27,814 nucleotides of DNA from a virus (taxonomy: Duplodnaviria; Caudoviricetes): the IMG/VR virus record IMGVR_UViG_3300025103_000121, positions 1-27,814 of that record; one strand, given 5' to 3'. Below are positions 8,232 to 18,600 of the stretch, piece by piece. The number at the start of each line of letters is the position of its first letter. The stretch's first letter is position 1. Made by a program: the position numbers and the translations under genes. Under the pieces are notes generated by a model. That model saw only the letters and a program-made list of their open reading frames with translations. It did not search any database and had not been told where the DNA came from.

Positions 8232-11169
8232 TAAATACAGTCCTTACCCCGGTGACATTGTAGACGCTAAACTAGAGCCGGGTGAATTTGTACTAAATAG
8301 AAATGCAGTTGATGCTGTAGGCGTTGACCAATTAAAAAAATTAAATGATGAAGTAGCCCCTAGATTTGCGGCTCAAAGAGGTAAGTATGTCCCACCTAAA
8401 ATTATTCACAATGAGGAAGAAGGGTATAGTCTTGAAATGTATCCTGATACTGATAATAAAAAAGACAGGTATAATTTTAGCTCCTTTGGAGATAAGCACG
8501 TTAAAAGAATGACAGATTGGACAGATGAAGCCAATAAAAAATTCCCTATAACTGAAAAGAATAAGTTCGGATTTTTACCTTGGGTAGATAAAGAAAAATA
8601 TGTAGAGTATGAAGGGGGTACAGATGCTAATTATCATAGACAGAAGTATCTATACGATAATCAATTAGAACACTCTCGGATGATATATGATTTCCACAAA
8701 GGTCCAAAGCCGATGAAGTTAAGAAGAGGTCAGAAACCTTTGCATATAGACTTACAGAAGGCAGAAATACCTACTGGTGACCAGTTTAATACTGATGATT
8801 TCAACTCAATGCTTGGTGCAAAGAAAACAATGGACGACTTCTTTGTTAGGCAAGATATGGTTGATAGTAGCGGGCGAACTCCTATGGATGATGACTATGG
8901 AAAAGTAAAAGGGTTAGACCCAAGGGACTACATACAGAAGAAGAATCCAAATTCCCTTCAGAGATTTCTGCAGAAATTTGATACATCAAAGCAATTACTG
9001 ATGAAAATTCAAAACTCAACTAGTTCAACCGATAGATACTTAGATGAGAGTAATCCTGCTTTACAGAAAACATTTAAAGATAATCCTTGGTTGGCATTAG
9101 AAGCTCAAAACAAGAAGGATTCAAATAGAGCTCAAGAAGAAGCTTTGAAGTTGAAACAGGATACAGAGAAAAGACTTTATGAAAGTGATTTAAACTTAAC
9201 TCGTGCTGATAAACTACAAGCGTTTGATGAGCATTCAAAACATAACTCAAAAAATGTAGAAGAGTGGCTTAGTGCTATACCTGAAGGAGGTCCCAAAGCT
9301 CCAATAGACCCTTCAACTGGAAAAGCATTTGAAACAGAAGAAGTTTATAATAAAAGGATTGCAAGAGAGAATATAATAAAACAAGCAAAGGCGGCAAGCC
9401 GACAAGCTAAAGCGGACAAGGCATCCACTTATTCTAAATCAAAGAGGAAGAGACAGCAAATGGGTGCAGATAGAAAGTCTTGGGAATCCTACCTACAAGA
9501 TGGTGGTTTTATACCAAGACATTATAATAAGGGAGATGTAGTAGAAGAACCCGCTTACTGGTCGCAGGAAGCTGGTAAAAGACGTAGGGCTGTGGGAGAA
9601 TATGAAAGAAAAATGAAGATGATGAAGAGGAACCCTGCATCTTATAAAAGTAGATATGGTGATGAAGCTCCAGTAGACCCTAGATTAGAATGGAATAGTT
9701 CAGCTCAATTAGAAACTACCCAAGAACCTGCCCCAGTCGTTACCCAAGAACCTGCCCCAGTCGTTGCCCAAGAACCTGCCCCAGTCGTTGCCCAAAAACC
9801 TAAAAGACCGGGTGTATATCAAGGGGCTGGATTAACCGCACAAGCTAATGAACAGTTATACGCAGAAGACCCAAGTATGAGAGGGCAATCTCCTGAAGCT
9901 AGAATAGAGAGATATGAGGAATTATTTCCTTATCAACCCCAAGACGTTGACCAAAAAGAACCAAGTCTTAATTATGAATACCCTGAATTTGAGCCAAAAC
10001 TGCCTTTTAATAATTCAAGCGATGATAATTTCGAGACCACAACTGCAGAATCTGTGACAGAAGGAAAGCTTAAAAATGCTCCTACCCAAGTCGTTGCCCC
10101 AGTCGTTGCCGAGAATACTGACGGTGCTTCTAATCTAGTAGAATTATGGAAAAAAGGAAAGCTTACTACTGCTCCTACCCAAGTTCATGCCAAAAACGTT
10201 GCCAAAAACGTTGCCGAGAATACTCCTTCTAACATACTCCGTCACACTAGTCAAGGTGTTCACAAAGCAGATAATTGGGGTGACCTTCCTCTGGGAAGTG
10301 CTTCTGGAGAATCATCATCTGAAATAAAACAGAAAGCAGATAGTTTAGACCTTAAAAATGCTAAGCCAACACATACAGCAGATGCAAGTACATCAGCAGA
10401 AAGTGTGTCTGACTCAGCCGGTGCTCCTAAGTCAAAGTCTACTATACAAGAACTAGCAAGTCAAGCTGAGGGTATAGGAGAACAAACTGTAGATGCAGTA
10501 AAAGATTTTGGACAAAAAGCATATCAAGGTGCTGGAAACTTCTTAAAGAAAGCTCATGGAAGATTCGGTGGAGATGCTTGGAAAGCAAGTAAAGCTATGA
10601 ATATCGAAGCAGACCTGAACGCAGATGGCTATAAAGCATCTAATAAAGAGCTGGCTATGAAGATGAGAGATGAATTTGGTGAAGGTCAAGGTGATTGGGA
10701 AATGGCTAAAGGTCAAGGAAAACAAAGATTAAAGGATGACTTTGAAACCGTATTAGGAGCAGGAGTTGCAGGTGTGGGAGCGGCAGGTACTTATGCTTGG
10801 GATAAAGGCAAGAAAGCAGTTAGGGTTGGTAGAGACTGGATAAGTGACGAAGAAGGTTATGAGCAAGATTTTAGTAAAGTCCAATCAGGTGAAGCTCGAG
10901 GTTCTAATATGCAAAGAGTTGGTAAAGGTGTTGGAATGCTAGGAGAACTCTTTAAAGACGCTTCTCAATTTCATGGCTATGAAGGTGGAGATTGGGATAA
11001 ATATCAGAGACCCGACCCTAAGACAAAGACTGATGTAGATGAAATTGATTTGCTTACTGGTAAAAAGAAAGGGGTAGCGGCATCTTCTGAAGAATTAATT
11101 CAATTTAAACAAGATGGTGGACCGATTACCTTAGAAGGATTTATACAGCAATCTTGGAGGAATATGTAA
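8224..11169 (+). CDS. Internal virion / ejection protein with N-terminal tape-measure-type 'GEFV' module and repetitive disordered middle
   Basis: TTG start with GGAGG at 8211-8215; GDIVDAKLEPGEFVLNRNAVDAVGVDQLKKLN motif; QDGG motifs; QEPAPVV repeats. Confidence 0.7.
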   Translation: MANKYSPYPGDIVDAKLEPGEFVLNRNAVDAVGVDQLKKLNDEVAPRFAAQRGKYVPPKIIHNEEEGYSLEMYPDTDNKKDRYNFSSFGDKHVKRMTDWTDEANKKFPITEKNKFGFLPWVDKEKYVEYEGGTDANYHRQKYLYDNQLEHSRMIYDFHKGPKPMKLRRGQKPLHIDLQKAEIPTGDQFNTDDFNSMLGAKKTMDDFFVRQDMVDSSGRTPMDDDYGKVKGLDPRDYIQKKNPNSLQRFLQKFDTSKQLLMKIQNSTSSTDRYLDESNPALQKTFKDNPWLALEAQNKKDSNRAQEEALKLKQDTEKRLYESDLNLTRADKLQAFDEHSKHNSKNVEEWLSAIPEGGPKAPIDPSTGKAFETEEVYNKRIARENIIKQAKAASRQAKADKASTYSKSKRKRQQMGADRKSWESYLQDGGFIPRHYNKGDVVEEPAYWSQEAGKRRRAVGEYERKMKMMKRNPASYKSRYGDEAPVDPRLEWNSSAQLETTQEPAPVVTQEPAPVVAQEPAPVVAQKPKRPGVYQGAGLTAQANEQLYAEDPSMRGQSPEARIERYEELFPYQPQDVDQKEPSLNYEYPEFEPKLPFNNSSDDNFETTTAESVTEGKLKNAPTQVVAPVVAENTDGASNLVELWKKGKLTTAPTQVHAKNVAKNVAENTPSNILRHTSQGVHKADNWGDLPLGSASGESSSEIKQKADSLDLKNAKPTHTADASTSAESVSDSAGAPKSKSTIQELASQAEGIGEQTVDAVKDFGQKAYQGAGNFLKKAHGRFGGDAWKASKAMNIEADLNADGYKASNKELAMKMRDEFGEGQGDWEMAKGQGKQRLKDDFETVLGAGVAGVGAAGTYAWDKGKKAVRVGRDWISDEEGYEQDFSKVQSGEARGSNMQRVGKGVGMLGELFKDASQFHGYEGGDWDKYQRPDPKTKTDVDEIDLLTGKKKGVAASSEELIQFKQDGGPITLEGFIQQSWRNM
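9718..9801 (+). repeat. In-frame 24-bp tandem repeat, about 3.5 copies
   Basis: (A/G)CCCAAGAACCTGCCCCAGTCGTT at 9718, 9742 and 9766, partial copy at 9790; encodes (T/A)QEPAPVV. Confidence 0.95.
10061..10224 (+). repeat. Imperfect internal duplication with 12-bp sub-repeats
   Basis: AAGGAAAGCTTA...TGCTCCTACCCAAGT...CGTTGCCGAGAATACT occurs twice (about 10061-10119 and 10154-10224); encodes GKLxxAPTQV...VAENT. Confidence 0.85.
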
Positions 11170-12671
11170 TGGAAGTTAAACCGATGAATCTAACGGGAGT
11201 ATCCCACAATCCATTAACTGGGATGGCTAGAGAAGAAAGTCCTGCTGATAAGTATAGAAAAGCGGCTGAAGTTAAGTTTATGAAGAAGATGCAGTCTTAC
11301 CAAATAAAGGCGGCAGAAAGAAAAGAAAATGAATACTATATAAATAAAAGAGCAGAGAACTTTGTCTTCTCTCATTACCCAAGTTCTAAAGGATATGGAG
11401 ATTTTACAACTGCTTTTGATAGACAGAAATTTAATCCCGGTTCTAGAAGTAAGATGTTAAAGATATGGAAAGAACAAGTAGGCGGTGGACTACAACAATT
11501 TAATCAATGGTATGAAATGTCAAAGCAGGCTGAACAGAAAGCTTTGGTTAATTCACTTACTAGAGACCCTAGGAAATATTTAACTCAAGAATCTTATGAA
11601 AATGCTGTAAGTGATTGGTATAATGGACTTTCCGATGATACAAGAATGAATTTAATAAATAACTCTAGTCCAGAACTTATGAATATAATCAACTCTGTTG
11701 TTGACCCGAGTAAAGATATGAAGTGGGAGACAATAAAACAACAATTTGAAGATGATAAATGGGGTTACATAACTGGTGCCAGTGCATTAGCATTTGCTGG
11801 CTTTATGGCTTTAAGAAAGGGGAAATTCCCATCGTGGTTAAGTAAGTCTGGTATCATTAAATCAGGTGCGTTACTGGATGACAACTTCCTAAAGCAATCT
11901 ATGCTTGATGGAAGTAAAATTCCAGCTAAAAGAGTAGATGATATGCTTAAACGTAAGATGATTACTAAAGCACAAGCAGATGCACTTAAAGCGGGAGAAA
12001 GAGTTGTACCTGATGTTTATATGAAGAATATGCCTAAGCGCGGTCAGCAAATGAATATGTTTGATGATGTGGTACAGTCTACTAAAAATAACATTAGAAT
12101 GGCTCAGAGAGATATTAATAAGTATGTTAAAGATAAAATGCTTACCCAAGCACAAGGAGACCAATTAAAAGGTGTCTTAGATGATATGGTTAGAAACGGA
12201 GAAACAATTACTCCTAATAATCTATTGCGTAAATTACAAGCAGGTGGAAAGAAGTTTGAAGGATTGACTACTGCTCTTGATAAAGGACAGAAGGTTATGA
12301 AGGGCTTTGGTCCTATAAAGAATCCCGGTATAATATTAGGAATGGCTGTCGCTGGTACTGCTTATTTAGGGGTTAGTCAACTTGCAGAAATGGCAGGAAT
12401 GGATGAAAATGATGCTTCAGCCGCAGGCTTAACCGCCGCAATACCATCTCAAGCTTACCCAATCTACTATAGAAAGATTAAAGATGTGCTTCAGAAGAAG
12501 GGTAGTGCTTATGTGATGAAAAAGATTTTGGAGAAGGGGTCTTGGAAATTAGCCGCAAGAATTGCAGGTTCTACATTGCTGTCTGGCTCAGGAGTTGGGG
12601 CTGTTGTTGGATTCGGCTTACTCGGTTGGGAGTTAAAGAACATATACGATTTATTGACTGAAGAAGAATAA
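11169..12671 (+). CDS. Internal virion / ejection protein with membrane-inserting segments
   Basis: ATG 11169 (TAATG overlap, GGAGG at 11156-11160) preferred over TTG 11154; three Gly/Ala-rich hydrophobic helices. Confidence 0.7.
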   Translation: MEVKPMNLTGVSHNPLTGMAREESPADKYRKAAEVKFMKKMQSYQIKAAERKENEYYINKRAENFVFSHYPSSKGYGDFTTAFDRQKFNPGSRSKMLKIWKEQVGGGLQQFNQWYEMSKQAEQKALVNSLTRDPRKYLTQESYENAVSDWYNGLSDDTRMNLINNSSPELMNIINSVVDPSKDMKWETIKQQFEDDKWGYITGASALAFAGFMALRKGKFPSWLSKSGIIKSGALLDDNFLKQSMLDGSKIPAKRVDDMLKRKMITKAQADALKAGERVVPDVYMKNMPKRGQQMNMFDDVVQSTKNNIRMAQRDINKYVKDKMLTQAQGDQLKGVLDDMVRNGETITPNNLLRKLQAGGKKFEGLTTALDKGQKVMKGFGPIKNPGIILGMAVAGTAYLGVSQLAEMAGMDENDASAAGLTAAIPSQAYPIYYRKIKDVLQKKGSAYVMKKILEKGSWKLAARIAGSTLLSGSGVGAVVGFGLLGWELKNIYDLLTEEE

Positions 12672-12684
12672 TTAAGGAGGTCTT

Positions 12685-15600
12685 TTGGCTGAACCACAAC
12701 AATGGTCCCCTAAGATGGAAGAAGACCAGATTAGAGGGGTCATAGACCAATACAATAAGCAACCTCAGCTATTTGATGGCAGAGATGATGACCTTGAATC
12801 TCTAGAGGAACACGCACACTACTATAGAATACCTTTTACTCGTACTAAAGAGCATCAGGATAACTATGTGATGAGTATCCTTAAAAATGCTGGGCAAGGC
12901 TGGGCAGAAGGATTCTCTACACTTCCACTAGCTGGAAAAGCAGAACCAAAAGATACTTGGCAAGCAATAGCTAATAACCTAGGACACTTAGCAGGTTTTG
13001 TAGGATACTTACCCGGTGGAAGAGCATTAAAATCTTTAGGTGTACTAAAGTCATATACAAAATTAACAGATGGACTTCGTGGTGTATCTGTTCCAATGGC
13101 AGTTGCTAGTAAAGCACAAGGTGTAGTTGGAAAAGCTATTAGACCTATATTAAAAGACTTACCAGAATGGGCAACTTCAGGTATTGTTGGAGATATGGCA
13201 CAGGGTGCTTTCCATTTAGGTACTGCTAGTGCTGTGTCAAGTTGGACTCACGGCATAGATGAGATATTTCATTCAGCAGGATTTGGAGCTGTTGCAGGTA
13301 GTGCTTTTAGAGGCATTGGTAATATGAAAGGCTTTGGTCAAAGAATTAATATGAATCAGATGAAGCCTAATGGTAGTCCTGATTTTTCAAAAATAAGTGA
13401 TGGACAAAAGGCTGACTTGGCTTTAAGGACTATGGCAGGTGCCGCTTTTCAAGGGTTACCTTCTACCTTACAAGGAGCTACTACTGAAGAGCAAGTCTAC
13501 GCATATGCAATGGGTTCTTTCTTTGGATTTAAAGAAGTACCTTATCAAACTAGAACCGCCAGAGAATTTCTAGCAGAAAGTTTTAAAGAAAAATATGGTC
13601 CAGACCCAGAGATGAATCCAAAATGGGATTCTCTTACTTCTGAAATGAAAGAAATCGTGAAGATGGATTTCCAAGAAACATTTCAATACTCTGCTGAAGG
13701 ACCTAGCGAAACATCACACCTCTTATTTGATTTATTAAGTCATCCAGATAGAAAGATGGACTTAGATGCTATTGAAAAGATAGCTAGAGAGTATGGTGAA
13801 TCATATGAGGTTGACCCAGTTACAGGAGAGATTAACGCCAAAGCATTAAGTAAAAAGGAATTAGACGAATATAAAGAAGACTTTATAAAAGAAGGTAGAG
13901 CTGATAACCCAGAAGATTTAGATATGCACATTCAAGCTATCGCAGATATTCCCGGTAGGCTAGTAGGAAAAAATGGCTATGTAGAACAAGTGTTCCCCGA
14001 GTTATCAACTGTAGAAAGAATAGATATAGCTGACGCTATATTTAAAAAATGGAAAGGACTACAAAATGAAGACTCAAAACCAATCCCGGGAGCAGAGCAA
14101 AAAATCATTAGCTTTATTGAAGAAAATTATGGAAGGAAGCTCACGGACAATGAACAAGGATGGTGGAGACGTTGGGCTGAAACTAATAGAAAAAAACAAT
14201 GGGTGGAACAAGTTGAAATCAAAGATGAAGAAGTTGGAATACTTAATTCTAAAACCAACTCAGCAGGAAACAAAAAAGACCTCTCTCAAGAACCGCTTAT
14301 TATCCAAAGTCTGCACGATGCTGAATATAAGAGATTAAACGGTCAAGACCCTGACCCTCAAGACCATTTCTTTAGGGTATTAGACCACGTTATCTTTAGA
14401 GGTAAGGAACACGACTTAAAAAGAGCTGAGCAAAATATTGCTAGGCAGGAAATGGTTCGTATACAAAACTCTAAAGAAAGAGACCTATATGACTATGATA
14501 CATTAAGAGACCACGTTGAAGGTTATGCTAAGAATCATATGGAAAATGTGATGAAGAAACTTCACGAAAAGATGTGGGAAGATGGTTACTATTACTTTGG
14601 AGGTAAGGGTGATGCTAAGAAGATGTTCTTTGTTAAGATACATCCGGGTTTAAAGAAGCCACCTAAGTATGACCCCGTTACTAACAAGCCTTTGCCACAG
14701 GAATTTAAAAGAGGTATTGTTAAAAAGGTTCTTAGAAAGATAAGAAAAGTTCTTAGAGATAATGGTACTGAAAATGTTAGAAGAGCATATAGAGAGGGTA
14801 GAGATGAATGGAAGAAAATGTATCCGGGTATTGAGAATGCTAATGAGATGTATGATAGGATGTTTGTATCCAATGCCTTATATGATTTAACTAATAATGG
14901 TTACAGTACAAAGATTAAAGATTTAGATGCGGGTTTAAAAGATGTATTAGGACCGGGGTTTATTAATGACCCTAAAGCTTTTAATAAGAGGGCACAAATC
15001 TGGTTTAATTCAGGTTTATCAGCTAATCCAACTGAAATTTTCAAGCATATGAGGAAAGTTCTTGGAAATGATAATGATTTTATGGGTTCAGATTTCCGGG
15101 TAGGGATATTCTATGATGCCGATGGTAGACAAAGTATAAAATACTTTGACCAAAAGAAATTAACAACTGAATCTGAGGCACTAAAGTATACTGAAATAAC
15201 TGATGGTGCTATAGTAGCTAGAAGTGAAGTTGTTGATGCTTTAAATTTAGACAAAGGTCTGCCTACTGATGGTGGAATGAATAAATCATTTATTGTATCT
15301 CCAGATGCGGTTAATGGTGCTTTACTAGGTAAGTATGCTATACATAAAGCATCCCCAGAATTAGAAGCTTATATGAGAGAGAACAAGATTCATATGCTAA
15401 TGCCAGAGTCTGCTGTTAAGCAATCGGGTAAACGTAAAGATTCTGCTGGAGACTTGCAATCTCATATAGATTATGACACAGGAGAAGTATCTATCAGTTT
15501 TGATGGTACACCTTTTAGACTACCTGCGGCTCATTTTAGAACCGTTATGTCTGAAATCACTACAAAGAAGATGTTAAAACCATCTCAACTCCCAAAACAG

Positions 15601-18600
15601 ATGTACTCCGTATTGTCCTCATATGGCTTTAAAGGTATTGAAGCAGAGGCTATGAAGGATATGTATCAAACTCTCTCTGAGAAGGCTATTAAAGGGACTC
15701 CTGAAGGTCGTGAGAAGTTAGAAGAGTATATGAGGAAGCGGGATACTAAAAGTATTGAAGATGTGGTAGAAAATCTCGAAGAAATACCGATAAATAAACT
15801 CTTTGAATTAATAAGGGACCCTGAACATCCTAAACTATCACAGAAACTTTATGAAAAGATTTTAAAAGTTAATCACGAATACGTAGAAGCCTTAGCAGAA
15901 GAAGGTGAAGTATCTAGAGATGAATTGGAGATGTATAAAGAAAAGGTAGCTGATTACGAAAGCGTTATAGAAAGATTAAGTAAAGTCTTTCCAGATGGCT
16001 CCGTAGGTGCTTATATGCATAAGTTCTCTAGAGATTATCGTATGCAGGCTATGCGTAATTATGTGGTACAGAAATTAACTAGACCCAGAATTGATAATAG
16101 TGCGTCAGCTAGAATGAGACCTTATGAAGTAGGGTTCCATAATCATCCAGAAATGGCAAAGCTAAATACTAAAGAAGGACAAGATATGTTCTTTTTAGAT
16201 GAAGGATTCAGAGAGCTTGTTATTAAAGATGATATGTTTAGAGGTGGACGTATAAAGTTAGGTGAATTATGGGAGACTAGGGAAGAGTATACAGGGGTAC
16301 TTAAAGATAAGATAGACCAGATACTTCACGGATTAGTAATGCGTGTTCCTATGGACTCGATATCTGGAGCTCATAGTCTCAAATTTCAAGGGTTTACTGG
16401 AGTAGATGGGTTAGGAGCCTTATTACACCCAAGAACTATGAAAGCCCTAGGTGGTGCAGATTTAGATGGTGATAAAGCAACTATATTTTTTGGTGGAGAA
16501 AGTCACGGATTTAAACAGAAGTGGCGTGAAATGTATCACGGTGCTAAAGATGAGTATGTAGACCCTGTAACTAAAGCTGAAAAACATAATAAAGAAGCTA
16601 TAGACCCTAAGACAAAGCAGTCTTATAGAGATGATTTAGCTATTAGAGATGAAGATACATTAGAGAAATCCTATCACCCTACGGCACAATACTCTCCTTA
16701 CTGGAGAGAATTTATGAGTAGAGGTGCTTATGGTGGTCGTGATATGTTGGGAGTTGCAGTTACAAGAAGAATGGCTGTGCTTGGTGCTTATGACGCAATA
16801 AGGTCTTTTGATATTGATGGTAAGCAAGGATATGAAACTCAAGATATTGTTATCAAAGGCTCTGGTAATGTTGATTTACAGAAGGATGGGGAGATTTGGG
16901 TTGAACAAGTTATCTTAAGTAAGGATAAATACAGTGTCCCTTACTATGACAATAAGGATGGTGTTTTAAGAAGGCTTGAATTTGAGATAAGAAAAGGTGA
17001 TGTAGACCTACAAAGATTTAGAGAGCTATCTAGAGCCGCTATTGCACTAGGCTCTGACCCTATGGATGAAGTTGGTTTAAAAGGTGACCTATTTGAAACT
17101 AAGATTTTTGATACTCTTTTTAAAACAAGTGTATATGAGACCAATGAAAAAGGTGTAGCAACAGAGCGTAATGAGAGATTGTCTAGGTATATAAATGAAG
17201 AAGATAGTAAGATAGGTTATTTAAAAAAGAAAGGTTTACACGGGCAGTTCTTAGAGGCTAACTCTTTATTGTATGGTAAAAATCATAGAGATAATAGACG
17301 GTGGAGCTATGCAGAAATCCAAGCGGGTATCCATAAACTTAATTGGTTACCAGAGAGAACCAGAAATACGTTCCTCCCGCAATTAGCAGAATCTATGAAA
17401 GAAATTAATTGGTCTGATAATATCTTTAGACACATTAATGAAGGTGTATTAAATAAAATTTACTTTGACCATAATGAAGTTGTTAAGGGTGCAGATTGGT
17501 TAAAGAATATTATGGGTAGAGAATCTATGGCTACTCAAAAAGGTAGGTTCATCCAAGGTATACTTGATAAGAAACTATATGATGAAGCACAATTAAAGAA
17601 GCTTGCTATGGATGAAGAGGGTTTTATTAAGTTTATTACCTCTGAGTTTACTCGTAAGGATGGCTCTAAAGGTAAGGCTATGGGTCAAATACCTTGGGAA
17701 TTTAAACCATTAAACGCATCAGACTATTATACAAGAAGAGCATATCTAGAACACCTACTCCTTAAAGGTGAAGATTTTTTAGTAAATGATTTAAGTGATA
17801 TGGCATCCTTAAAATCAATAACTGATGTAATAAAGAAAAATAAAATAGGTGATGAGAGGATTGATTACATTCATAAGAAGTCTGATGAAATCAAATCTCA
17901 AGGAGTTCACTTAGCAAAACAAAGGAGAGCTCTAGATGATGCCCTTACTGAACATTATGAAGGTCGTGAAGGTCTTAAAGAAAGTGAAGAACTACGCAAA
18001 AGTTTTGGACTTGACGACAAAAGTACTCAAATCAGTGACCAAATTCAAACGGACAAAGCGATAAGAGATTTTAAAGTAGAATTGTCAGAAGGAGAACGAG
18101 ATTTATTTGATATGTTATTTATGGGAACTTATCAAAGAGCTGACAGAGAAAGAATGAAAGCTATTGAAGCTTATAAAAAGGTTAGACCTGAAGTTGTTAG
18201 AGAGCATAACTACTTATTTAAATCAATGAAGAACACTTCGCTGGTGCGTGCTGGACTAACTTCTAAAGAAATATCTGATAAGAATTTAAAAATCTTCTTT
18301 ACTAATTATGACCACATAATGAAGAAGGCTAAAGTAAATCTATCTAAAGAACAAGAAGAGTTGTTAATGAGAGAGGCTACAGAAAAAGAACCTGTAAAGT
18401 CTTTCTTTGATGAACACGGTAATAAAATTAAGGGAGAATTTGTAGATGCCAATTTAATAAATGATAAAGAACGACAATACCTAGATGAAGTTGGTCCCTT
18501 TACTGGGTTATATAAGGGTGAAATTAAAGACCCTGAGCTACTTAGACTGTATGATAGTTTAACTGAGCACTTATCTCACTATCATAACTTAGATACTGTT

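Noticed and set aside
9718-9801. CRISPR array
   Set aside because: Repeats are contiguous, in frame and have no spacers; no cas genes.
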